Shown here piece by piece: positions 20,751-30,191 of a DNA stretch of 64,000 nucleotides. The DNA lies in IMG/VR virus record IMGVR_UViG_3300042431_000223, positions 11,006 to 75,005 of that record. One strand, written 5' to 3'. Within the stretch, counting starts at the first letter, position 1. Each line of letters begins with the position of its first letter. This DNA comes from a virus. Taxonomy: Duplodnaviria; Caudoviricetes. The notes under the pieces were generated by a model. It saw nothing but the letters and a program-made list of their open reading frames with translations, did not search any database and was not told where the DNA came from. A program made the position numbers and the translations under genes.

Positions 20751-22000
20751 TTTTTCTTTTTCTTTTTATAAGCGTCTCTGATAGTACTAGGCATAGAACT
20801 AACTACAGTTCCGTTAACTCCTGGAATTGACATTCCTCCTCCTTGAAAAGCTTTATTATAACTAAAGCCTACATTATAGGAACCTGGTTGATCTTTAGAC
20901 TTGCTGTATCCTGCTTTCACACTAAGACCTTTTGCAAGTCTTGCTGTTGCCTCTGCTGATAAGGATTGCAGACCAGCTTCTTTACTGCCTGAAACATCAC
21001 CTCTAAGATTTAAACGATTTTTAAGTAAGGATAACTCTGCATCTGCATTATAACGATATCCTGTTTCTGGATTGTAGTTTCCTCTTACATTATAATTAAC
21101 AGGTCCAACTTCACCACGAACTCCTGCTTGAATATTATACTCAGGGTTTATTCCTTCTAATGAGTATGGTTTTTTTCTATTTATACCAGGAAGGTCTCCT
21201 AATCCTTCAAAGGTTCCTCTACCATAAACATTCAAAGCTTGACCTATAGGACTTAAAGAAAATGCTAATTCATTAATTGTTTCCTCGTCGGTAACGTTTC
21301 TTTTTAACTTTAGTTGGTTTCCTTTTCCTTTCAGAGTTATTTCTTGTTCTTGTGGACTTAATCGTATTCCTAAATTTGGAGAATTATTTTGATAAGTAAG
21401 TCCTGAGTAAAGGCTCTCTAAACTATTTGTTCCAAAAGGATTGTAATTCCCTTCGGTACTAACTCTACCTAAACTACCAAGATCACCCTCAAGTGAATAA
21501 TCAAGTCCTCTTTCAAATGCACTTTTTACATCTTTTGAAATATCGCCAGGCATTCTACTTAATTCCTCAGTTTCCATGTTATTAAATCTTCGTGCAAAAC
21601 GAGTGGCTCCTGAAGATAAATTCAACCATTCTGGAGTTTGTATTGTTGAATTTGAATTCTCTGCCATGTAAGCGTTAAACCTAGCTTGTTGTTCTGGGGT
21701 CATTTGGCTAGGTTTAGCTTTAGCTCCCATTTGCATTTTCTTTTCTAAAACGGCTTCGTCTTCAGAGAAAAAATAATCCTCTCCTGGCAGCATTACTTGG
21801 CTTTGTCCTGATTGCAAACCAATACCCATAATAGGAGAGTCAAAGTAATCTTTCTCTCCTTCGGGTCCTTTCATAGTTATCTCATTAGAAGGAACTACTA
21901 CGTCTCCATCTTGATACCACATACCAGTTTTACGCACAGGAACTTTTTTACCTCCAGAAGCATACTTCTTTTTGTAGTGTTCAAATAAACTAGACTTCAT
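20747..22000 (-). CDS. Putative cargo protein (417 aa) with C-terminal beta-barrel-like region
   Basis: N-terminal VPSNEITMKG...MLPGEDYFF module. The C-terminal half has alternating hydrophobic strands ending VGFSYNKAF. Confidence 0.55.
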   Translation of the reverse strand: MKSSLFEHYKKKYASGGKKVPVRKTGMWYQDGDVVVPSNEITMKGPEGEKDYFDSPIMGIGLQSGQSQVMLPGEDYFFSEDEAVLEKKMQMGAKAKPSQMTPEQQARFNAYMAENSNSTIQTPEWLNLSSGATRFARRFNNMETEELSRMPGDISKDVKSAFERGLDYSLEGDLGSLGRVSTEGNYNPFGTNSLESLYSGLTYQNNSPNLGIRLSPQEQEITLKGKGNQLKLKRNVTDEETINELAFSLSPIGQALNVYGRGTFEGLGDLPGINRKKPYSLEGINPEYNIQAGVRGEVGPVNYNVRGNYNPETGYRYNADAELSLLKNRLNLRGDVSGSKEAGLQSLSAEATARLAKGLSVKAGYSKSKDQPGSYNVGFSYNKAFQGGGMSIPGVNGTVVSSMPSTIRDAYKKKKKK

Positions 22001-22239
22001 TACTTCTTCATTTTGGAGAGTGTCTTAGCAAGGTTAGCTCTTTTAACTGTAGTTGATGAAAACTTTTCTTTGTTAGACAATACTTTATCGCGAAATGCCG
22101 ATGTAGACATTCCTGCTTTTTTTGCTTGAGCTGTAAATGATCCTGGTTTTTTAATAGCTTTTTGGATCCACTTACCGCCCTTCTTCATCTTCATGCCTTT
22201 TTTGGCATAGTACATTTCTTGTAAACTAGAATTATTCAT
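22000..22239 (-). CDS. Small basic protein (79 aa; WIQKAIKKPGSFTAQAKKAG)
   Basis: ORF track; Lys-rich; coupled to the next gene. Confidence 0.7.
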   Translation of the reverse strand: MNNSSLQEMYYAKKGMKMKKGGKWIQKAIKKPGSFTAQAKKAGMSTSAFRDKVLSNKEKFSSTTVKRANLAKTLSKMKK

Positions 22240-22252
22240 CGCAAACTAAAGA

Positions 22253-22630
22253 TTAACTTAAGGTAAGCAAATATAATGTCTTATTAATCAAAGCGATTAT
22301 TTCATCTAAAATATTTTGGATATCTGTGCGATCTAAACCTAAAACATTTCTATGTTTTTTAACATACTCTTTGAACTGTTTAAGGTGTGTTTCAGCATTG
22401 ATATAATCTGATGCAGGTATTTTAATGTTTACTCTTTTTCCAATGCATCCGAAGTAAGACTCAAGCATGCTATCTAACAAATCTAGTAGACCGTCGTAAT
22501 AGCCATTTAAAGCCTTATGCTCAGCATAAGAAGTTGTTTGTAAGTGTGCAAGATGAATGATATCTCTTGATTGGAAAAACTGCCCTAAATACACTTCTGG
22601 TTTTATAGAGCTGATTACTTCTGGTGTCAT
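22253..22630 (-). CDS. Ferritin/Dps-like four-helix protein (125 aa)
   Basis: HLAHLQTTSYAEHKALNGYYDGLLDLLDSMLESYFG resembles the Dps-like HW...H..L...Y......D...E pattern of phage ferritin-like proteins (DUF5856-like, from memory). Confidence 0.65.
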   Translation of the reverse strand: MTPEVISSIKPEVYLGQFFQSRDIIHLAHLQTTSYAEHKALNGYYDGLLDLLDSMLESYFGCIGKRVNIKIPASDYINAETHLKQFKEYVKKHRNVLGLDRTDIQNILDEIIALINKTLYLLTLS

Positions 22631-25600
22631 ATTATTGAGTTAGTGGTTTGTGTCATTTGTAAGTTATTAATGAATTTGTATCGATTAAACTTATCTTGAA
22701 TTAATCTTACCTTACAAAAAGTAGAACGAAGTTTTTGTTTTCCAGTAAGTCTAGTAGTTGTAATTACTGACTTAGGATTAATTACTTTGTCTATTGGATA
22801 TTGAGAACTAATGTCTTCCCACTTTGTACTGAACAAAGTTTGGAAGTTTTCTTTGTTGTTAGTAGCATCCCAAAATCCATTAAAGGTATTTTTTAAGTCC
22901 CGTTTAGTTACTAAAACCTCAGTACCAAATCTACTTATTCTAGGATACAACAATTTTTGACGAGCATCATTAGGTAATTGAGGAATCAAATTAACTAATC
23001 CTGAAGTTTGTTCTTTGTTGTATATAATTGCTTTAGTAAAGTTTGGTGTATTCTTATCGTTGTACGAGCCTAAAGAATAATAATCATTCCTGTTATAATA
23101 CTTGTGAATGTCCTGATGATAAGTAACAGCATTAACTGTACTTGTACTAGGAGAAGTATTTACAGTATACTCAAGAATATAAGGATAGAAACGACCATAA
23201 TAAGTCTGATAAGTTAATGGAGACAAGTTATGATTCCATGTCCCTGTAGGTGTAGCTGTTTGGAAATGGTCTATAAATCCAAGATAGGCACTAGGTAAGA
23301 AAGAGTGGAATGAAATCCATGCTTTCAACAATACACTATAAGAAAGAGTAAACGAGTGGTTCTCAAAATAAGTTAAGTCCCCAAACTGAATTTCAGTATC
23401 GTTATAGTAGAGCTTTTTATTCTCATAGGTAACAGAACCTCTGTATTGTTCTTTTAATCTATAATCTAGTTTAGTTAAAAGCAGTCTATGGAAACGTTCA
23501 TCCCAACCTAAAGAAATACCAATTCCTTTAAATGTATTGTCTACAGGAAAGTTAGGAAAGTCTTTAAGAATCTTAAATGGTAGATTTTCTTTAAACCATT
23601 GCATAGATCCTCTTAGAGAAATTTCATCTATACCTCCACTAGTTACTTGGTACACGTGTCCTCTACGTGCATCTACCCAAAATCCTCCGTGTGTAGTTTT
23701 AACAAATGCTTTATGCTGTGTACCAAGATATCCAATGTCTGCTGTAGACATCTCAATAGGCTTTTGATTAAACATACTAGCATTTCCTATTTCCATAGCA
23801 ATAGGATTGTTACTGTCTAGTGTGATAATAGCATTGTATACCTTAGTGTTGTTCTCAAAACGAGCATATACTTTACCATTCTCAACACCGTTAAGTGCAA
23901 TTAGTTTACCTGTAGTTTTAGGAAAGTCATAGAAATTACCTCTTCTAAAGTTTAACCAAGGGTCTTCTTTACCATAACGTCCTGCTGGATCAGAATAAAT
24001 TACTCTGTTATATAAATCAGTTTCACAATACAACTCAGGATAAACCTCGTTATATGGGAAGTTAGGATTAATTATATTTTGTACAGAGTATGTAGGATTG
24101 TAATGATAGAAGTTATCAAACTTAATTGGTACGTTTACTTCTTGTAGCCACTGGTCAGGAACTTCTCCAAGTTCTTTGGCACCATAAAAATTCTCTTCAC
24201 GATCATTACGGCCATGACGAAAATCTACGTTTACATCTGACTCAACAAAGAAGATAGGAATACCATAAGAGAATAAATAAATCTTCCCTTTAAAGTAAAA
24301 GAATGTATCTCCAGTTACATCATCATCAAGGAATAAATAAGGAGTTAATCCTCCTAGCAAATCATTAATAGTATCTAACAACGAGATTTTAGCAGCAGCT
24401 GTAGCTAATTCTAAAGCAGATTCATATCCAAAATCACCACTTCCAAAATATGCAAGAATTGCTCCTGCAAGTACAGCAGCACTTATCCAAACAGTAATTT
24501 GAAGAAGTTCTGCCTTTAAAGTTGCTTCAATGTCTTGTACCTTTTGTTGATATCCGTAGAAGTATGCAGGATAACCTAAGTTAGGAAACAAGTAATAGTT
24601 GAAAGGAATATCGTCTGGCTTACCTGCTAGATTTTGACGGAAGAAAGCATGCTTACGTTTAAGAGCAAAAGCATTGATAAAAGTATCTCCCCCAAAAGCA
24701 GGGTAGTAAGTTTCAATCATTTCTCCTAAACCATTATTAGGATTAATTCTGATATCTATAGAATAGCCAGTAGACAAATACCTTAGGTTGCTTATAGGTC
24801 CATACTGATTTGGTCTTAGGTTTTTTATAGCCCCATAGTAGGCTCTAGTTGTTTTACTATCGTCTATATCAGTTCTATTAGAATGACTGTGATTACTTGC
24901 CTTGTACCTAGAGTTGTCTATAACTGAGGGATGGTGATGAGCAAAATCGTTATCTAAGGATAAGTAAACACTAGACTCTCTGAATCTATTATGGAAAGGT
25001 TTCTCTCCTTGTCCAAAATTTAAAATTTCACTAGGAGCATAATTACCAAACCTAATACTTCTTCTTTTGTTTCCTGAGTTAGGAATAGTTAAGTATCCAT
25101 TATACTTAGCCATTCCATTGTATTGCCATGCAAAATTTACTTTTGGAGTAAATCTTTCAATAAGCAAAGCAAACATTTCCTTGTCTTGAAAAAAGTTTGA
25201 AGTGTCTAAACCCGAACCACTCATTCCCATTAACACAGAAATTAATCCCGAAATTAAATTAACTTTATCTGTATAGAGTTTTAAAGAACTGTGTTCTTCT
25301 ACTTCTACGAAGTGCCCTAATACGCGACCAATTTCAAGTGTTTCTATTTTAAGTTCGCTACCTATTCTAGGGTAGGAAAAGTGCGTATCGGGGGAATGAA
25401 AAGTAAATCTTTTGTGTTTGTAGGTAATGATATTATTATCAACAAAACCGTGATGTATAAAGTTGTTACTATTTATACTCATAGCTTTATTGTACCACTC
25501 GCTATCTGTTTTAAGATAGGGATCTACATCAACTCCTGAACCTCTCCAGTTAATATCATTGAATGGATAATTTGGATAGTGGTATTCTTTAGTACCATCG

Positions 25601-28173
25601 TTTGTTTTATATAAACCGACATCGTAAAGCAATCCCTTGGCAACAACTGATTTGTGTCCTACTCTGCTAGCATAAACTAACTCAAAGCCACAAATAAAAT
25701 CTTTTGCATACAAAGGTTTATCAGGGTCAGCTGGATTAGCAATCTCTAAAGTATTGATAAGATTGTTAAACGTATCTGCATCTATTCTAACTCCGATTGG
25801 GTAAATATGACTTTGTTGGTCAAACTTAGGATAGACATTTCCTTGAGAGTATAACCCATCATGAATATGATTAACTAAAGAATCAGGAAATTTATGAAAT
25901 CTAATTGGGCTTCCAGCTAGTTTGTTGCCCCAAGCGTCTGTGTCCCAAATATCCTCATTACATGGATATAGCTCAGTAGATTCCCAGTAAGCAAACTCTC
26001 CACGTTTATCATTAAAAATAGCACAAGAGAATTGTTTTTCTAATTCACTAGGTTCGTTTGGTATAACGGTTTGTCCTAATCCTGCTGTATTATAAACTTT
26101 CCATCTTTCTTTTGGAAGCAAAGGATCTAAACAATCACCTTCTTCAATAAAGTAATCTGTATTAGCTGAAGTTATAGAATCAATATCTCCTAATGCTGGA
26201 AGTTTAGCTCTTCCTGGAATATGAAATACTTCAGTGTATTTACCTGACTTTAGTTTAAACTTAATACCAAAGGCATATACTTCATCACGTTGGTAAGTAC
26301 GGAACATATAAGCAATTTCTGGATTGCTATAGTCCCACTTATCTCCATAAGGCATTTTTACGGTTTCCCACTGTAACTTAAGTTTATTAGCTAGGGGTTG
26401 AAAATTATACTGGTATTCTTTTTCAAGATCTGCCAACATTAAAATGTCGTTTTGATTCTCGACTATACCTGCAGTATTATAATAAGGAGTTCTTACTAAA
26501 GGAGAAATAGAACTAAACGTAGATTTATACTCACCTGTGTAGACTATTACATCTTTTAAAAACTGCTGCTGTACTCGATAAGTTCCTATTAAGTAATAGT
26601 TAGTGGTAACTCCTTGAATAGTTTCAGCTACAATTAAGTTAAAAAATTCAAAAATATTAACCTTATGATCAATCTGTACGGTGATTGCATTGTTGGTTAC
26701 ATAGTCTGTAAGATTTGTAAGCTTCTTCTCAAAAATTGGAATAGGTTGGCTAAAGTCAAAGTAATCGGTTAACTCTGCTCCCTCTTCATCTGTGTACGCG
26801 ATAGCAAATTGGTAAGTTCCTGCTTTAAGTTGGCCTCCGTTAGAAACTCTTATAGGACTAATCTTTGGGTGACAAGTATCAGGAAATATGTTAAGTTCCT
26901 TGCAACTCTTTTTAGTTACAAGTTTTTTGCCATCACAGTCCTGAGCCTCTCCACACGCATCTCTGTTTAAAGGAAACTCTAAAGAAAGATATCTTGGAGC
27001 ATTCTTTCTATCTACAAAGTATACTCTAGTTTCACACTGATCTACTCGGTACGTAGCAAAGATTGGATTCTCAATATCAAAATTAAGACAACAATTTTCA
27101 GGAGCAGGGTTTAAACAAGGGTTACAATTTCCTGTAGAAAATAAATTTTCTGAATAAACTTTAACATCAACTCCTGGTTTTCCTTTGCTAATAATTCTCC
27201 AAGAATCCTTAACCATGTTAAAAGATCCATATCCCTCAAAAGTATTTTCAGGAGTTTCAATACCTCTAACTATCCCGTTACAATCTGTATACTCAATTAC
27301 AACTTGACCAGTAGAACCGCCTGGAGGAATTGTAGGATTAATTGTTTCAAGAACTACTGTATAACAATCTTGACAACAATCCTGACAACACTCATCAATA
27401 AGAACAGGTTCATATGTACAACATGTCTTTTCTACAACTAAACTAGAACAAGGAAAAGTATCATTAACTGTAGGATCAGGATGTTGTAAAAAACTAAGAG
27501 GATTATTACCTCCACCTAATTCATTTAACCAATCACTAGTTTCACCAGGATTGTAACATACTACGTGGATTAAATCATCTAATCCATTTGTTTCTATGTA
27601 GTTAGGAAATCCTAGGTCTATATACCACTGCCTACGAGTTTTAAATTCAACACTACTTGTATTAACAGTCAGTCTATTGCCATTACAATCTACATAACGA
27701 AACGTATAGTTTTCAATCATGTTTCCTGTACCATCATCAATTCTTTTTTCTACACGACCATAAAAACAATTTGTAGAGTTTGATGTTATAGTAGTGGTTG
27801 CTTTAACTACTATATCTTTAATTACTTTACCTCCAACACAACCGCAGTCTGTTTCTACAGAATCTAATTCAATGCAATCTTCCCCATTGTTAGTAATTAC
27901 ACCAATTTCTCCTTTACCGTCGGGGCCTAATAAGAATACAACTACTTTGTTCTGCTCAATAATATTTAATAGTCCAACTATGCGGTATCCGTTTTTAATA
28001 GTACTAAAATCGACGCAGATTTGATTGGACATTTCGTTAGTATAGGTAAACGTATTACCGTCATGGGACATTATGTTTGCATTTAACGCCCAAGTCAACT
28101 GACTACCATCTACTTGCCAGTTTATAGAATCTAGGTTTAACCCTTTGGTATTTTGATTACCTTTAATCTCCAT
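22627..28173 (-). CDS. Tail muzzle / tail stabilization protein (1848 aa)
   Basis: Size, N-terminus (KGLNLDS...ALNANI), aromatic beta-rich sequence, and position between ring protein and cargo genes as in crAss-like phages. Confidence 0.75.
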   Translation of the reverse strand: MEIKGNQNTKGLNLDSINWQVDGSQLTWALNANIMSHDGNTFTYTNEMSNQICVDFSTIKNGYRIVGLLNIIEQNKVVVFLLGPDGKGEIGVITNNGEDCIELDSVETDCGCVGGKVIKDIVVKATTTITSNSTNCFYGRVEKRIDDGTGNMIENYTFRYVDCNGNRLTVNTSSVEFKTRRQWYIDLGFPNYIETNGLDDLIHVVCYNPGETSDWLNELGGGNNPLSFLQHPDPTVNDTFPCSSLVVEKTCCTYEPVLIDECCQDCCQDCYTVVLETINPTIPPGGSTGQVVIEYTDCNGIVRGIETPENTFEGYGSFNMVKDSWRIISKGKPGVDVKVYSENLFSTGNCNPCLNPAPENCCLNFDIENPIFATYRVDQCETRVYFVDRKNAPRYLSLEFPLNRDACGEAQDCDGKKLVTKKSCKELNIFPDTCHPKISPIRVSNGGQLKAGTYQFAIAYTDEEGAELTDYFDFSQPIPIFEKKLTNLTDYVTNNAITVQIDHKVNIFEFFNLIVAETIQGVTTNYYLIGTYRVQQQFLKDVIVYTGEYKSTFSSISPLVRTPYYNTAGIVENQNDILMLADLEKEYQYNFQPLANKLKLQWETVKMPYGDKWDYSNPEIAYMFRTYQRDEVYAFGIKFKLKSGKYTEVFHIPGRAKLPALGDIDSITSANTDYFIEEGDCLDPLLPKERWKVYNTAGLGQTVIPNEPSELEKQFSCAIFNDKRGEFAYWESTELYPCNEDIWDTDAWGNKLAGSPIRFHKFPDSLVNHIHDGLYSQGNVYPKFDQQSHIYPIGVRIDADTFNNLINTLEIANPADPDKPLYAKDFICGFELVYASRVGHKSVVAKGLLYDVGLYKTNDGTKEYHYPNYPFNDINWRGSGVDVDPYLKTDSEWYNKAMSINSNNFIHHGFVDNNIITYKHKRFTFHSPDTHFSYPRIGSELKIETLEIGRVLGHFVEVEEHSSLKLYTDKVNLISGLISVLMGMSGSGLDTSNFFQDKEMFALLIERFTPKVNFAWQYNGMAKYNGYLTIPNSGNKRRSIRFGNYAPSEILNFGQGEKPFHNRFRESSVYLSLDNDFAHHHPSVIDNSRYKASNHSHSNRTDIDDSKTTRAYYGAIKNLRPNQYGPISNLRYLSTGYSIDIRINPNNGLGEMIETYYPAFGGDTFINAFALKRKHAFFRQNLAGKPDDIPFNYYLFPNLGYPAYFYGYQQKVQDIEATLKAELLQITVWISAAVLAGAILAYFGSGDFGYESALELATAAAKISLLDTINDLLGGLTPYLFLDDDVTGDTFFYFKGKIYLFSYGIPIFFVESDVNVDFRHGRNDREENFYGAKELGEVPDQWLQEVNVPIKFDNFYHYNPTYSVQNIINPNFPYNEVYPELYCETDLYNRVIYSDPAGRYGKEDPWLNFRRGNFYDFPKTTGKLIALNGVENGKVYARFENNTKVYNAIITLDSNNPIAMEIGNASMFNQKPIEMSTADIGYLGTQHKAFVKTTHGGFWVDARRGHVYQVTSGGIDEISLRGSMQWFKENLPFKILKDFPNFPVDNTFKGIGISLGWDERFHRLLLTKLDYRLKEQYRGSVTYENKKLYYNDTEIQFGDLTYFENHSFTLSYSVLLKAWISFHSFLPSAYLGFIDHFQTATPTGTWNHNLSPLTYQTYYGRFYPYILEYTVNTSPSTSTVNAVTYHQDIHKYYNRNDYYSLGSYNDKNTPNFTKAIIYNKEQTSGLVNLIPQLPNDARQKLLYPRISRFGTEVLVTKRDLKNTFNGFWDATNNKENFQTLFSTKWEDISSQYPIDKVINPKSVITTTRLTGKQKLRSTFCKVRLIQDKFNRYKFINNLQMTQTTNSII

Positions 28174-28175
28174 GA

Positions 28176-29006
28176 TTATTTAATATGGAATTTAACAAAA
28201 CGTTTACGAGTACGTACAATAGCATCTGCCATTTGTTGCTTTGATTTAGTCATCAAATAGTTAAACGCTGCTTGTAGTTTTTCTAACTGTTCTCTCTTGT
28301 AGTACATTAACTTTTCTCCTACCTGCTTAGACGACTCATCCATTACAGAGTGCCACATTTGTTCAAAAAATTTGTACTTTAAGTAAGACTTTATATATTC
28401 TTCTACTTCTTCTACTTCAGGAATCATAGGAATACCGTAATCATCTACAGGTCTAGAAAAGTATTTAACATATACGCAGCCTTCTTGAAAACTAGCACTT
28501 ACTTTTTTGTGTTGGTTTATCTTGATGATATCTGTACTGCTTGATTTAAGGTTAGGGCAATTCTCAGTACAAAGAGACGTAGAGTCTGTATAAACGCGAA
28601 TCCATTTCGGTTCTTTCATTGAAATACGAAAACCTGGAGTAGGTATACTTAAAGTTTCATAAATCTCCATGTTATTACTAGTAACACAAGGATCTCCTTG
28701 AACACTCTTATACCAATAACCCTGCATTGAAGTAACTCCATTATTCCAAAAAACCTCAGAAGAATACATGATTGCGTAATCAAGCAAGTAAAAATCATAA
28801 GGCATTTCCGACTTATAATTCTCAAATCTAATTACAGCTTCTTCTGGTCTAAGAGCTAATACTTTTAATTTACGTAAAGCTTGGTCTATAAACGAAGGAA
28901 TAAGTACTTCACTAACAGCACCTGCTTCAAAGTAAGTCTTTAACTCTTGTTTTACTTCAGCAATTAAAGGTTCTGAGGTTATATACTCTATGTTATCGTA
29001 TTTCAT
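28176..29006 (-). CDS. Tail ring / tubular protein (276 aa)
   Basis: Directly upstream of the muzzle gene. YVKYFSRPVDDYGIPMIP...EEYIKSYLKYK pattern is typical of crAss ring (P22 gp4-like) proteins. Confidence 0.6.
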   Translation of the reverse strand: MKYDNIEYITSEPLIAEVKQELKTYFEAGAVSEVLIPSFIDQALRKLKVLALRPEEAVIRFENYKSEMPYDFYLLDYAIMYSSEVFWNNGVTSMQGYWYKSVQGDPCVTSNNMEIYETLSIPTPGFRISMKEPKWIRVYTDSTSLCTENCPNLKSSSTDIIKINQHKKVSASFQEGCVYVKYFSRPVDDYGIPMIPEVEEVEEYIKSYLKYKFFEQMWHSVMDESSKQVGEKLMYYKREQLEKLQAAFNYLMTKSKQQMADAIVRTRKRFVKFHIK

Positions 29007-29433
29007 TGTTTTTAATTTTTTGTCCTAACATTACTTGATTAGGTTTACTTAACTTAAAATTATAGAATCCAAAGTAAGGATACTTTCTTTCGTACAGATA
29101 GAAGAATATTCGGTACATCATTCCTTCTGTGTGATAATTTTTAAAAGTAGTATAAACCCCATCTTTGCGATATCTCCCCCAATCAATCTTTTTAAAGAGT
29201 TTAGTGGGGGTTACTCTAATTAAAGATAACAGTCCTAGTTTAGGAAACCTTACTTTATATCTACCTGTAATAACTTTCTCAAGTACCTTCTCATTGACTT
29301 TTAAGATAATGCTTCTAAATGCCTCATAGGAAATATCAGTACGACCAGTCTCCTTAACAAACTTAGTATAAGCTGTTTTAGAAGATGGATTAACATCTGA
29401 TTTTAGATTAACCCTTGATTTAGATTGCATCAT
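28993..29433 (-). CDS. IHF/HU-like DNA-binding protein (146 aa)
   Basis: Basic. FRSIILKVNEKVLEKVITGRYKVRFPKLGLLSL resembles the HU helix plus V.L..FG strand. IHF-like genes lie among the tail genes in crAss-like phages. Confidence 0.55.
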   Translation of the reverse strand: MMQSKSRVNLKSDVNPSSKTAYTKFVKETGRTDISYEAFRSIILKVNEKVLEKVITGRYKVRFPKLGLLSLIRVTPTKLFKKIDWGRYRKDGVYTTFKNYHTEGMMYRIFFYLYERKYPYFGFYNFKLSKPNQVMLGQKIKNNEIR

Positions 29434-30049
29434 CTTTGTTGTCGCTGAATGGTTCGTTAGGAAGTTTGTGGAAGTTAATTAAACTTTGGTTAGTCATTTC
29501 AAACAGATTATCTAAAAGATATTCTGGAAACTTAAACTCTTGTTCGTACATACTCATGCAAGGGCTTGCACTTATAGGTTCTGTGAAGTAGGCATACATA
29601 TTAACTACCTCAACGTCGGGATTTAATACATAAAGATAACCATTCCTAATAGTATAGTAGGAACGATTAGTCTTTACTCTTAATCTTGTGTGGTTAATAA
29701 AATCCCTAATTGTGGTGGGAAAAATTTCTTCTGAATTAGACGTATTAAATACCCCTTGAATAAAATAAGAATACAATCCTTCTTCTATTTTCGGTAATTT
29801 TTTCTTCGTTCTTCTAATGTCACAGTTCAAATCACACTCAGCACCAGGAGCTAATATTAGCTCAACGCACTCATAAGCACTATATACATTGTCTGAATTT
29901 AATAACTTACGAAGATTAATTTCCCTGCGAAGAAGCGCACTGGCCTTAGTTTTTAAGGTATTATAAATAAATCTATCAGACATGAAATCATCATCGCTAA
30001 TAAATTTATTAGAAACTCTAATTCTGGATATTACATCTGATATGGTCAT
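29420..30049 (-). CDS. Tail ring / tubular protein (209 aa)
   Basis: MTISDVISRIR...DRFIY start and YYTIRNGYLYV..NP motif; synteny. Confidence 0.6.
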   Translation of the reverse strand: MTISDVISRIRVSNKFISDDDFMSDRFIYNTLKTKASALLRREINLRKLLNSDNVYSAYECVELILAPGAECDLNCDIRRTKKKLPKIEEGLYSYFIQGVFNTSNSEEIFPTTIRDFINHTRLRVKTNRSYYTIRNGYLYVLNPDVEVVNMYAYFTEPISASPCMSMYEQEFKFPEYLLDNLFEMTNQSLINFHKLPNEPFSDNKDDAI

Positions 30050-30073
30050 GGATTACTTTAAGTTACTTTTATA

Positions 30074-30104
30074 CAAATATAATTTAAACTATTACTATTG
30101 TCAA
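30074..30104 (-). promoter_or_regulatory. Bacteroidota primary-sigma-type promoter (TTG-N20-TATATTTG)
   Basis: Minus strand TTGACAATAGTAATAGTTTAAATTATATTTG upstream of 30049. Confidence 0.7.
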
Positions 30105-30191
30105 TTACTTTTAGTTAAACCAAAAGAGCCTAGTTGCCTAGGCTCTTGTTGGGGTTTTGACAGACAACCAACCCAAGTAACTGTCAAGGTC

